From NCBI RefSeq assembly GCF_041146345.1, contig NW_027191413.1:1488001-1552000 (forward strand): 64,000 nucleotides of DNA, read 5' to 3'. The notes under the pieces were generated by a model. The model was not told where the DNA came from. It searched no databases and saw only the letters and a program-made list of their open reading frames with translations. The position numbers were made by a program, and so were the translations under genes. Source of the DNA: Neodothiora populina. Lineage: Eukaryota. Of this stretch, positions 11,492 through 24,400 are shown in pieces (positions within the stretch are counted from its first letter, which is position 1; every line of letters starts with the position of its first letter).

Positions 11492-14259
11492 CTAGTGTCC
11501 GGCCTTTCTGAACTTCAATAGTTCCGCAAGACTGGCGGTAGGGCAGCCACGCTGCAGGAACTCGTGTCTACCGAGCTCCTCGGCCGTGGCACGGCTCTTG
11601 ACGTCGACGCAGAGACAGACGCTGAGGAAGTTCTTCAATTCCTTACTCAGACGTTCGGGTTTCTTCAGGCGCGGCGTGCCGTTCGTGGCGATCAGGTAGA
11701 GAGCCTTGAGGGGCTCTTCGTTGAGGTACGGCGGCTCGGACTCGATCATCTCGATGGCCATGATACCCAGAGACCAGATGTCGACCTTGCTGCCGTACTC
11801 CTTTTGCTTCACGACTTCTGGTGCCATCCAGTACGGCGTTCCGACCATGGTGGCACGCTTGGAGCGTTGTTCGGTCAGCTTGGCGCAGAAACCGAAGTCA
11901 GTGATCTTGACGTTTCCTTTCGAAGATAGAAGCACGTTGTCCGATTTGATGTCGCGGTGGATAATGTTCTGCGAGTGCAGGTGGATAAGACCCTTGCATG
12001 TCTGTAGAAAAGAATTAGCTATCGTTGTCGCAAGATTATATTGCACGGGCGCCGGTGCTTACCTCGAGACAGATGGTCGAGATTTGGTCTTCGGTAATGG
12101 TAGGGTTGTTGTCGATGACATCAGTCAAGGCACCACCTTCCATGAACTCCATGACAACCCAAAGCTCGTTGTTCTCCTCCTGGAGGAAAGCGTCAAGGAA
12201 GTTGACAATGTTGGGGTGCTTGCTGTCCTTCATCACGATGATCTCGTTCACGATCAGCTCCTTACGCGGCTGATTGCGGAGATCCATTTGCTTGATGGCG
12301 ACTTGCACCCTCGGACCGTTCTCGCGCAACAAAGTACGAGCGGTGGGAGAGGTGGCGCTCTCACGGACACGGGCAACATAGACGGAACCGGAGGCGCCCT
12401 GGCCAATCTTCTTCTGCTTGTTATATGATTCGAGAGGACGCTCTTTCGAGACGACTTCGCGCAGTCTCTCCATGACCTGAGCATCGGTCATGCTGGACAT
12501 GCGGACATCCTTCCTCTGCGGCTCCTCCTTCTTGCTCGTCAGAGCCGCCTCAGCCTTCTTGACGGCATCGTTGGTCGAAGCTGCTGGTTGCTTGGAGGCA
12601 ACGTTCAGCGGCTTGACGGTATTGGCACCCGAAGATGGAGGCTGCTGGTACTGCTGTGAAGAGCCCGAGGGAGCGTATGCATGACCCTGCGCGTTTGGAG
12701 TGCCAGGCTTCCTCACCTCTGGCGGTGAACGCTGCTGTGCATTGGCTGCCAGTTGGACCTTTGTCTGCGGCTTTGGGAAAGCAGAAACACCGTTTGACAC
12801 GGGAGGTGCAGGTGCAGCACGTGTCGCCTGCAATTGGCGAGGAGCGCCAGGAGACCCGCCGGATCCGGTGGGAGCTGGAGGTGCAGGACGTGATGGGTTG
12901 TAGCGTGAAGGGCTCTGAGCCTCCTCGCCGCCGTAGCCACCGATTTCTTGCTTTGCCAGAGGTACGCGTGATTGAGGCAGCGATGCATTATACTCATCAA
13001 GCTCTTGCTTCGCCTTCCTCTGTTCCTCCTCCCTTTGCCTCTGTAGCATGTCCATTCTCCGTCGCTCGTCGTCTGCCTTGCGTCTTCTTTCTTCCTCGGC
13101 CCGTTGGTCAGCTTGTTGCGGACCTGTGTTAGTTCTGGCGAGGGGAGCTTGTTGGTACTGGCCATTAGCAGGCGAAGCTGTGCGGCTCGTAGAGTAGCTG
13201 TCTTGTCGGTTGTAAGCTGACGGGGGCTGGGGTCTGGGCGGGGCAATTGATGAAGAAGAGGAATATCCCAGCTGCTTGTTGCCCGCGTCGAGTGGTGGAG
13301 TTGGCGTGAGGCTGGAGAATTGCTTTGGGTCGTCCGCTCTCTTCTGGAGCTTATCCGTGTAGAACTGGAGAGCCTCGACGACGGCCTGCGGGTTCTTCTG
13401 CATGTCATCCTGGGTCAATGCAGAGGAGTTGAGCAGACGCTGCCATTCTGTGGGTAGACCGACGAAGCCACCGGTGACTGGATCGAAGCCCACGTGAACA
13501 CGGTGAGAGAAGCCGGTCGGGTGACTGACGCCGCCCATGCTGGGAGTCTTGTTGTAGATGATATCGATCCATGCATAGACTTCGTTGTCCGTCTCGAACT
13601 TGCAAATCAGCAGCTTCTGAGGACCATCTCTCGCCGGCGACGTCTGCGAAGATGAGCCAACACCTCGGGTCAACTCAAATGCAAAGGGGTATGTGTCGGA
13701 GCGGGTGATGTTGATGACGTCCTTTAGCGGTATCGACATTGATACCTTGGGGGTGTTGTCGCTCTTCTGAAAGTCGAGTTGCTTTTCTCTAAGCACCAAG
13801 AACTTCTCGGACCAGAAGACTCCCTTCATGAAACCACCCTCCTCCTTGACCTTGGCCCATCCAGACTTGAACGTCGCCGCATCCCCACCTGCCATCTGAC
13901 CGAAGTCGGTCATGGATCTGTTCAGTGAAGGCGTCGAGGCATTGAGACTTGGCGAGTTGAGGGACATGCTGCTCATATTCCCTGCGACATTGTTGACCTG
14001 TGGGGTGAGGGCGAGTCGGGGACGGTCAGTGGGAGGACGAGGTGCTGGGCCCGGGTTCATGAACTGCCCAGAAGCGTAGGAACTCCTGTTCACGCAATGC
14101 CAGATCAGCACACAATGACGACTAATTGCATCTCTCCGGCGAGCAATTGTGGACACAGCTAGGGAGAGGAAGCGAACTGGCTATGACCCCGCGGTGGCGT
14201 GACCATTCGACGGAGACGAAACATAATTGGACTTACCCATTGGTTTGTGATGAAGCCAT
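11492..14259 (-). CDS. CLA4: PAK-family kinase Cla4 (PH + CRIB + kinase)
   Basis: PH domain, CRIB motif [16 protein letters not shown], kinase motifs [17 protein letters not shown] and GTPYWMAPE. Introns 14086-14236 and 12002-12062 splice in frame. ATG at 14259 (MASSQTNG). Confidence 0.95.
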
Positions 14260-16126
14260 AGTGCAGCGAATAGAGGGGCTGAGTAGAGGGGCTAGGCGAC
14301 TGTCACAGTGCCTGTGCCTGGCCGCTTGCTCACTCTAACGCACCGTCGATATGGCGGTAAAGTAATTGGAGATACGGAGCGATGCGCGCTATCTCCTCCT
14401 GTCCCAGATTGTCGATGAAACGTGCAGTTCTTCACTGATGGGCACTGTAATTGGGCTGTCCGAGCACTTGAACTCGTCGAGAGTGCAAAGATGAGGCAAG
14501 TCACTGTAGAACACCTTATACACTGACTCGATGGGGATGTCGCCAAGTATCGAGTAAACAGCGGTGAACGTGCGTGTGTGCAAACGAAGACAGAGCAGGG
14601 TCAGCGAGAGTGACAAGGATGAGAATGGAAGTGTAGGATAGACGAGAACAAGATCAAAAATCACAAGCGCGGAGCGCGGCAGGAGACGCTATGAAACAAG
14701 ACGCTGGTGGTACTTCAGATGCTACCCCTGTGTTCTGCGCGGTCGAACTCAGGGAGCGTGGAGCGGAATGTTAGCAACAATCAATGGGCCGGTGATAATG
14801 CTTAAACCCCGGCCGAAGTGTTTGAGCTGAGTGGACAAAAGCAATATATAAAAGGTACTTGGAAATTGTCACTCCATAAGCGTCGCGAGGACCGGGACGA
14901 CTGGAATGTAAGGAGAGAGAGAGAAAGGTCAGACAGATAGGCACAGGCTAGAGTATGAGGGGTGGTGGTACATGCATCAGGAACTCCCAAAGCCGATGGC
15001 GCGCGCCAAAACCACCACATCTACCTTACCTTACTGGCGAGAACGAGCGAGTGAGCGCCCAGAGAGGCAAGACAGACAAGGGTGGAGACGACCCTCTCTT
15101 CGAACGCCTATAGGCAGACCCGCACTGACAGTCCAGTACTGCCTGCAATTCTATGGTATCCACTGGATACGGTAGTGACTGGACGCTTAATATATCACGC
15201 CCGAACGGTGGTTGTTCATCAATGCGAGATGCACACCTCACTGAAGCCCAATCGTTTCATTTACTTCGAATGCTCCCGGTATCCTTCGTGCCTGGCAGAG
15301 CGATACGGCATGCAAGATACCTAGGGTAGCCTCGTCTGGAAACATTCTTTTCGCAGCATTGACTTTTTCTGCCGTTTACTCCACCAGGAATACTGTACCG
15401 CTCCGCCAAAATTACTGCAAGACTCTTTTTCGCATCTCGTCGCCTCGAGCTTAATCTGAGTGTCGTCCCGTGAATAAGGATCTTTATCGCTTCGGGCATC
15501 AATCCTCGCTTCGTGCGCAAAATGTCTCACAGAAGACAAGCCAACATGGTGATATGCGTCTATCCACCATGGTCATCATTATATACTTCCGACGACAATG
15601 GAAGTGTGCACGCTTTCTTCGAAGAATCCTGGATCTGCAGTGCCGGGACCTGATGTGTGTCTCGAGATTTAAAACAATCTCCGTTTGTCGATACCTGAAA
15701 CGTTCAACGTACCGCTTTGACGCCGCTTTGCTCAACCCTGAAACAGCCCGGGATTCCACCTCCACCTAGTTGTGTGTCAAGCTTCTGCCCTAGAAAGTGA
15801 GCCTACCTTCGGCTACTGACCTATGTCATGTCTGCTATTATTACATGTGAAGCAGTCATCTTAGAGATATCATCATACGCTCTGATATACCGCGCATAGT
15901 AATTCTTGACACCTGCTACCATTTCCTCTTTGATCGCATTTCCAAAAGCGGTCATGTATGCTCGCCGCTCACAATGAAATACACCATCCAGAAGAACGCC
16001 CGCTCCGTTGATCCAAACAAACACCACGGGTCCATCCAATGCCAGTAGTCAGATCCTCCCGCTATGCTACACTGAATCGGCCACTCCTACCTAGATCAGA
16101 CATCTCGGACTGTCGCCGCCTGCAAC

Positions 16127-18297
16127 CTATGCAGACTCCTCTCCGTTCATCTTTCCTCCGGTACCCATGAACTTCTCCATGAAGGTGATATAGTCATACT
16201 TGGCCATCTCTCGATCTTCCTGCAAGTCAGGCCCACGATGTTCAGGCATGGTCTTTACAAGGTCGTCGATGAGTTCATCAGGGATCAGCGAATGCCTGAG
16301 ATCCATCTCGGTAACATAGGGCTACATCGAACAGGTGGATTAGTGTTGCTCCGGTCAACCGGCCAATGTACGCAAGAACTCACCTTGCCGTCTGCCACCT
16401 CCCTGAAGCTGTCGAACACTTGCTCCGCTGTGTATTGATCCTCGGTCACTTCGACCATGAACCTGATGAACTGCTCGAACGTTACGCTGCTTCCAGCTCC
16501 GCCGCCACTCACTTGCACAAAATGCTCGCGCATCTCGTCTTCGTCGTATACAAGTCCAAGACTGGCAAGCGCTGCAGAGAACTCGAGCTCTTGCAGAGAA
16601 TTGCTTCCAGAACGGTCGAAATGGCGGAAGACAGACTCAAATTCCTCGAGCTGGATGGGCGTCAAGTTTGTCATGCTTCGCGCAACCATTTGGTTCTCCA
16701 AGAAGGCCAGTTTCTTCTGCACGCTCGATCTGACCAGTCCTAGTTCATAGGCTAGCTCATCATATGTGTAGGTTGTAAAGTCGTTCTCCTCGATATTGGC
16801 CTCGACACATTGCTCGTCCAACCTGGCGATCAAGGTAAGGTAATCCTCGAGAGGCGGTAATGATTCCGATATGCGCGTCGTATGTGTTAGTTGATCCTCC
16901 ACTTCACCCTCTAGTCCAGATATGCTCGTGCTCAGTGTATGCAAAGCCAGAGCAAAATCGTTAGCCTTGTCGGCGAAAGACTGCCGTAAAGCGTTCTTGA
17001 TATCACGAATCGTCTCGTTGATGATCTTACTCCTGTCTCTTTCTGCTTGCATCAGCACGGCCCATGCCACTTCCAAGGCTTCCAAGCTGAGTTCGGCCGG
17101 AGGTTCGTAGGGTCTGAGGCGATATGTGCTCAATTTGGTCTTGATATTCCCAAGCAGGCCCGTCAGATCGCTCTTCTCAGCAACCCACTTCCGCTTCTGG
17201 CCACGCTTGTAAGCAGTGAATTTCAGACTCTGGTCCTTCGCATCGACATATGTGCCTTCGAAAGTGGCTTCTTCCCACTGCTTGCGCTGCTCGGCGATCT
17301 GTCGGAGCAACTCCCTCATGCGACGCTCGAAGTTGTTCTGCATTTCCCAAGCACCCTGCATGTTGCTGACAAACTTTTCTACTCTTCTCCCTGCATTCTC
17401 GACTCTTTCCATCTGAGAGAAGGCGTGAAACCAGTAGGCAATGTAGGTCATGAGAGATCGTTCATCCGGCTTGGCTACGTCGCACACATCCTCTACATCG
17501 AGTAAGTCCGGAATGCCGATCTCCTTGGTTGCGATGTCGAATGCTAATTGCATGTTGCCACGATGATCAGACTTGTCCAGCTGGTCATAGTCGATCAGAT
17601 CAGGACGGTGAATGTCGAGCAGGGCGCAGCTGTGCAGTGTTAGCTTTCTTGACCTCCAATGATCTGTCCATCAGGTGGACTTCTACGCACAAGGCTAATC
17701 CATCGTTCCAGCTGCTTGAGAAATCCCGCACAGAGACCTCGTCGTAGCACGCCGTCTTTCTCTGACACCAAAGCAAGAGACCTTCTCTGGCGCTCAATCC
17801 CTCCTCGTTGATGTCACTGATGGTGAAGCGCAGGATGAGCGTCCATATTAGTCCTAGTATGATTTTCCGGTTTCCGTCAACGATGTCTTCCGCGCCGATG
17901 TTCGTCAGTTGAATCTTCCGCCCCTTGATAAAGTCGAGTGCTTTATTGACGTTCTCGAATCGTTGCACGCGGAGCTTAGGCTTTGATGCATATCGACCTA
18001 GTGACTCATTTGAGAGGATTTCCAGAAGATGTATCAAGATGACCTAAGCAGCACATGTCTCAGTTTCTATAGTGCCATCGGCGTGGTCAGATTAAGGGAG
18101 GCAGGGGACGTCTCACTCCATCGGATAGGTCAGTGACCAAGTCTTTGATATGGACGCTTCGGACCACGAGCTTGCTATTGAGCCTGATCCATCTCTACTT
18201 AGCAAATGTATTTCTCATCGGCCTATCTCGCATAACATTACCATTTTCCGAACGTCTTCTCCTGCACCTTGACCCAGCTCTGCTCTAGCACGGCCAT
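16127..18297 (-). CDS. ain1: Alpha-actinin-like actin cross-linker (2 CH domains, spectrin-like repeats, EF hands)
   Basis: MAVLEQSWVKVQEKTFGKW/LNSKL, IGAEDIVDGN..ILGLIWTLILRF, DFSSSWNDGLA, PDERSLMTY, EF-hand FDRSGSNSL. Four GT-AG introns. Last exon PYVTEMDL...EESA*. Confidence 0.93.
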
Positions 18298-19081
18298 GGT
18301 CAGTAGCCGAGCGGTCGTCGCCCAAAGCGCTCTCCGTCGAGGGGACCAAAGTCGTGTATCGAATGAGATGCCGGCTATATGTCGCAGATAAAGCTATCAG
18401 ACGCAAAGCGATGATGGATTGATGTCACAAAGGGAAAAAAAGGTCGTTACATGTAAGCAAGCAGGGTTGGGTCTCGACAGCGGTGAGCGGAGTTCATTAA
18501 TTGCCAGCTGCTTCGCTGCGAACCCCTCAATCGTTGATAAACAACGGGGTTGGAAAGCTTGGCGTTTTGTTATGGGTCCACGACTCCAGACTCGAGGTCA
18601 TGGCTAGTTGGCTATTATGATACAGACACAACGGTGCGCTTTACTTCTTGACTGACACATGCGACAGGGGGGTTTGGAAGTAGCTAAGCTGCAGTGTGCA
18701 ACGGTATCGAACCTACAGCTATCATATTATCACACTACAATGCTCAGATAGTACTGGTGTCACATGCTTCGTTAGAATGAAAACACAAGGTACGCAAAGT
18801 TGGAATAATATCGTGAATTGCATTAAAGCTCAAACGATCTTGGCTGCAAGTACAAAGGTTTTAGGCAGATCTCCGCATCCTACTACATGAGGCTTGGGTA
18901 TAAGCGGAATCCAGATTGACTCATAAAATCACCGACCGTGCTCCCGTTGCCTGCATAGAAAGCTTTTGCAATCGACCAAGATGTGACCTCCTCCAGAAAT
19001 GAGCACCAAAAGAAAAAGGTCGTGCATGCGTCATTGTAGAAAGAAAACAAAGAAAACTCGTTCGTGGGCCCGCGCCAGACC

Positions 19082-21409
19082 TCAGATCCAGGCGGGATAA
19101 TCCTCATGCTGCTGTTGTGGTGGAGATTGTGGTGGTGTTGGGAAGGCAGGTAGGTGGAAGTGGGTGGAACCCATCTTCGGGGGTGTAGCCGGTGCTGACA
19201 AGAGTGAGCGTGGAGATGTGTCTTTTGCATTTTGTACATGCGAAAGACGACTTGGTGTTGATGGTCGAGCGGTGCGACCGCGTTGTACAATGCGGCCAGC
19301 CGCCTGCAACAAAGCCCGATCCTGAGATGACGATGGACGGCGTACGGTGGTAAAGTCGGGATTAGACGTTTGCGGTGGGGATATGGGTGGGGAGATCAAC
19401 CCGGTTGCCTTGTTGACTGGCAACTCCGGGAGGGGGGCAGCCGGAGGTGGTAAGGGAGGCGCCGAGAACAGCGTCTGCTCGGGCAGGGACATCTCGGGCT
19501 CTGCAATGAAGCTCAATCGACGGCACTTGACGTCTTCAGGAATGTCTGATGGCGAAGCAATGGACCATCGAAGAGACTGCTTCAGCATAGACGGCCTCTG
19601 ATCACTGTGCGATGCCGAGCGGGTATGTCTTATTTGCGCCTGCTCAGAAGGAATATCATCATGAAAAGTCGTATCGCTCACTTCTGGTATAGGCGTCAAT
19701 TCCGAGTTACCAATACTTATTGCTGAATGTCTCCTGGAGATTGGTCGCGAGAAGTTGAATTTCGTCACAGGTGAGGGCGTAGTAGAGGGAGAAACACCAT
19801 CGAAATCGGCGAAGAGCCCATCGTGGGATGCATTGCCGCTGTGTCTCGATGATGGTGCTCGAGAAGACTCGTCATCTGCCATTGAGGATTCGCGCGTCGA
19901 GGAAGCAGCGCCAGAGTCGCGTCGATTCTGAGAGCTCTCTGAGCCACGCTTGCTTGATTTGAGCGACGTCCAATCGAAGTCACACGTTGACTCCGCTTCG
20001 ACAAGATACAGAAAATCAACGTTATTTTCCCACGATTCGCCTGTCAATGTAGTAATACCAGATTCACCGCTGAAAGCTTTAGCGTTATATGAATCGTCGC
20101 CAATGCAACCCTGGCTACGCGCGAAAGCATTGCCCGCTGGGAATGGGGTAAGCCTGGTATTACTCGATAGTGTTGACGCAGGCGAACCCTCGCCAAACAA
20201 GCTCGGCCTCTGATTTGGTTTTCTTGGACTGCCACTAAATGCTTCGTTCTCCTCTGGCACAGAATCGAGGCTCATAAGCGATTCGTGGATCTGTCCACTA
20301 CTTCTGGGTCTAGAATCAAGCGGACTCATTGTCTGACCACGAAAGGCGGGATGGACCAAAGCAGGCAGCTCTCTTTGCTCGGCGTTGCTGGTTACGAGTC
20401 GCTCAGCAGACGTCGGTCCTGGACGATTGAAGCTTCTACTACGGCCTCTTCCATCATGAGGTATTATAGGCCTTGACTCACTGCCCAATATGGCAGCATC
20501 CGTGCTCGGTGTTGCGGTCGCAGAAGTGAAGTATGGTGCAGGGTGGGAGGGCCTTGCAGGTGGAGCTCGCGGAAAATTGAAGCGATCAGACGGCTTGTTC
20601 GAATTTGACCTCCCCCTGCTGCCGACCCACGCATGAAACTCCCGCTCTATTCTCTGAGCATCGACGCCACTGAGCTCATTCTGCGACTGTCGAAATCTGG
20701 ACGCTGCCCAAAACTCTGGGAAAAGTTCATGATCAGTTATTGATTCGAGGCCCGGGATCTGGCCTTTCTGAGTGTGCGTGATGTGTTGGAAATTGAACGG
20801 GGCAGAGATGCTGTTCTTCTTAATCTGTTTAGTATAGCGTCTGGAAGCCTTCGCCTCGCTACTTGTATCCGATTCTTGGTTGTACCACATCGAATCATCG
20901 GATTCGGAAACCTCGTCCTTGCGTCCAAAATCCATGGAGGATCTCACATTGCTACGATATCGCACCAACCCTTCTCCCGCTCTCGCGAGTCTCGAAGTCG
21001 CCTTGCGTGAAAAGAGGGATGACCTTCGTCTCTCTCCTCCGAATGACGATTTCGAAATTGACGCGGCAAGAGCACTTCCCGAATCGGAAACGTTATACGC
21101 AGAAAAATTATGGGACGAGTTATCCTGGTTTAGGATGACCCATTCGTCTGCAGATATGTCGGTAGTCGGGGAGACGGACGTATTGGAGCTTCGAGCACCA
21201 AAGAGTGAGAGTCTCTTACGAGAAGAGCTGCTGCTACGCTCAGACGCCTGCGACGATGACTTGAAGTTCCATGGCCGAGTATCCGCGAATGTTGAAGAGA
21301 TCCGTGGATTGCTATCCTTCTTGAGGCTTTCATCGTACTGGGCCGACTGGCCCCACGTGTCGTCTCTCATGTTATCCGCGCCGTCATTGGATACTGCAAA
21401 CCATTTCAT
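19082..21409 (-). CDS. Uncharacterised Ser/Pro-rich protein with a CRIB (PBD) motif
   Basis: 775-aa intronless ORF with ISAPFNFQHITH (CRIB consensus), a short ESWENNVDFLY..EAESTCDFDW block and a polyproline PPLPPPAAPLPELP segment. Confidence 0.75.
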   Translation of the reverse strand: MKWFAVSNDGADNMRDDTWGQSAQYDESLKKDSNPRISSTFADTRPWNFKSSSQASERSSSSSRKRLSLFGARSSNTSVSPTTDISADEWVILNQDNSSHNFSAYNVSDSGSALAASISKSSFGGERRRSSLFSRKATSRLARAGEGLVRYRSNVRSSMDFGRKDEVSESDDSMWYNQESDTSSEAKASRRYTKQIKKNSISAPFNFQHITHTQKGQIPGLESITDHELFPEFWAASRFRQSQNELSGVDAQRIEREFHAWVGSRGRSNSNKPSDRFNFPRAPPARPSHPAPYFTSATATPSTDAAILGSESRPIIPHDGRGRSRSFNRPGPTSAERLVTSNAEQRELPALVHPAFRGQTMSPLDSRPRSSGQIHESLMSLDSVPEENEAFSGSPRKPNQRPSLFGEGSPASTLSSNTRLTPFPAGNAFARSQGCIGDDSYNAKAFSGESGITTLTGESWENNVDFLYLVEAESTCDFDWTSLKSSKRGSESSQNRRDSGAASSTRESSMADDESSRAPSSRHSGNASHDGLFADFDGVSPSTTPSPVTKFNFSRPISRRHSAISIGNSELTPIPEVSDTTFHDDIPSEQAQIRHTRSASHSDQRPSMLKQSLRWSIASPSDIPEDVKCRRLSFIAEPEMSLPEQTLFSAPPLPPPAAPLPELPVNKATGLISPPISPPQTSNPDFTTVRRPSSSQDRALLQAAGRIVQRGRTARPSTPSRLSHVQNAKDTSPRSLLSAPATPPKMGSTHFHLPAFPTPPQSPPQQQHEDYPAWI

Positions 21410-24400
21410 GTTCGCTCCAAGTAAATCAACATAGCCCGATAGCCTTTACTACTCCACACTGCTTGCTGTTGTAACAAGAAGCTACTAGCCCGAACGCTTC
21501 CACGACGTATAGAGGTTAAAGAATTGACAGTACTGTTAAGTGGGAAAGACTTGGATTGAGGACTCGAAGAAAAAGAGAACGGGCGAACCAATTGGATGTA
21601 AAGGACTAATGACTACAATTGTTTTCGTGGGGCATTACACAACACAAGTAGGAGGGTGGTCAAGGAACGTGCTGCGGGAGCGGGATCGAGGCGGACGCGC
21701 CCACAAATGCGCTCCACTCCCCGTCGTCAGCGCCCATTCTGACAGTCAACCTGGGATGCGCTAGGATGTGAATGCGACGTATTTCATGCTAACAGCAGCT
21801 GTGTCATCAATCCAATGCATAACATCCTAGCGTTCAGGGCCGAGATCTACAGTTCCTGGAGCCATCCGGGATGCTAAGTCACACGTTGAACCGCTTTCCC
21901 AAGCCTCTTTTGGCCAAACCCAAGAACCTGGGTTGGCGCGATTAACACATCGATAGATTACTCGCGGCTGCTTGGCCGAGGCATAATGGACACAATTTGA
22001 GACTAATTGGATAAGGTATGCCAGCCCGATGCGTAGCCGTACATCGGTCTGTTGGGGCAGCTGCGAAAAAAGCACTCCACTCGTATTGAGAGCACGTCAA
22101 ACTGTGGTTCTTTGCGGGGCTGAACCTATTTGCCTTTTTCACGCATTGTCAACCGTTTGCGCTACTGCGCTTGCGTGGATTGTCGAATCAACACCGATTG
22201 GACCAAAATGCCCGCCGAGTGGAGGACTTTGCCGATAGGCCCTTCTTCGTACCATGTTCTATGCGTGTCTCGGCTGTCTTCAACTCAGATTAAGTACAAA
22301 AGGGGGTACAGCACGTGGATCAACAAGTCTCTGCCCATGGTGACACAGCCGTCACGGCGAGTATTACGATAAAGTGATCAGGCCGATTTCGAGGATTTAC
22401 TAAGACTCACAAGACTTTGGTGGTCTAGTGTTCTCTACCATGTAACAGATGTCTGCTTGGAGTCTTTAGTTGCCGCAGTAGTGTACACATTCTGGTGAAA
22501 TGAGCGGCTACTAAGTGCGGAAGCGCAGTCCCCCCGCCTGGCCAGAAACGGAAAACTTGCTTTAGTGTGGTCGAGCATGCACCTACTGCACGAAGTCGAA
22601 TTCAATTAAAATGGATTACGCTGGTGCGAAACGATTTTTGCATGACAAACAAAGATCATACTTGGTCCAGGGGCAGAGGCGTGGAATTTTACATCTCAGG
22701 TTGCCAGGAGGATGCAATATTATCTTGCACATAGCATATGCAAAGCCTGATTCATGCCGCTCTCGGGGCGCTCGTGCTTGAATTCGCATGTATTCCAAAG
22801 CCAGATGGCGCTGCCAAGAAATACCATTAGCAGAAGTTGAAGGCATGGACAAGCATGGTAGCGTTTGCTGCATCCTGTGATCTTCATTGATTGTTCAATC
22901 TGTGTGCACAGTACCGTGGAACTACTGTAGCTGCGGCTTATATTTGGTATCTGATATATGGAGCTGACGGATAACAGTGAACAGGCTGTGCTCGCGTTCA
23001 CTTTGTAATATTGCATCACTGTGCTTTCACATCCGACTTCCTACCTTGTCCTCGCAAAGTGACTAGTAACGCAGCGCCGTCAACATGTGGATGTTGTGGC
23101 TCTGAGCCCAAATCAATCAAGTCAAATGAGCAATATCACAAATCAGAAAGCTGTCTGAGACGTTCCTGTTGTCAGCTACAAGTACCTCACGCATCTATAA
23201 ATGTACAGTCCGGAGATACAGTACAGATACATGTAGGCACAGGTTATTTAGCTCTTGCTTTATGTTATCATAGCCTTACTGCTCCAGATGCAGCAGATCC
23301 GTCTACCTGGTTCAATGACTACTCGATCTAGCTATGAGTGCTTCATGTGTTCCTGGTCTCGATAGGTCGCTTAGACTACTGTACAATTGATAGGATCACA
23401 GGGAATCTCTGCTGACTGGTACTCGTCTGCCGCTCGGTCAGTACTGAGTATCGAACGTCCGGCCAGCCTCAAGCGATTGGACTAATGTCATGGGCTTCTA
23501 ATAGAAACCTGGAGGGCGCTGACATTGCCAGATCCCTGAACATGCAGCCGCCTCGATCATAGAAGAACTTTCGCATCGACGCTGTCCCTGCGATATCATG
23601 CTTATTGGTTGAACCAAGATTGTTGGCTGTGTCACCTCATCTATACATGACACAGAAGCATATCGCGACCATATATCGAATTCGATAATTATGCAGAAAA
23701 CCATTCCTGCAGTTTCAACGTCTGCACGTCACTGAATGCGCCATGATTGTCACATTGCTGCTCACCCGTTCTGAGCAGACCCGGTTTCGTGTCATCTGGG
23801 GTTCCCGATAGCAGCGACTATCTCCAACTTATCTGCATCGGGATGCTCATCTACATTTACCACCTCGTTAATCGTCTTGAACACAGGCGCCAAACACAGT
23901 AGTATTGTATATCTTCTTGTAACGCAAATTCTGTGTCGGCTTCTTGCATTGCACAACCCCATTATGCAGTGAGGTGGAAACCTTACTTTGGAGCTACTGT
24001 AGGTGTACAGAGGTGTTTCGCGCTAGGAAGCATGATTCGAGGATTTTGGCTTTCTCGCAACCGTTGCGGTCGGGCGCTGATCGGAACGTGTTATCCAGAA
24101 CTCGTTCGCTGGTCGCTCGTGTGCGAGCTGGTCGACCGTTAGAACAGACGCGCTGGGTTGTTGCTCTGTTACCCACGAAGGGTGGAGCGACTTCGTACCA
24201 CCTCTCGGAAGCTTTCTCGTTGTTGCTGCGACTGCGCGGAGGGATCTCAGCATCACCAAGCCACCCAGCCACTTCAGCTCTCAAGGGGTCCATAGGACGA
24301 GGGTTGTGTTTTGCCCGGTGGTTTATCATTAGTCTAACCATATATCAAATACTCCGTGTAGGAATATTGAAACCCCCCTGAATTGTTATTGTCATCGTCG

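Noticed and set aside
24219..24243. Plus-strand LLLRLRGG resembling the ubiquitin C-terminus
   Set aside because: The upstream sequence has no ubiquitin-fold similarity and the ORF has no credible start; probably chance.
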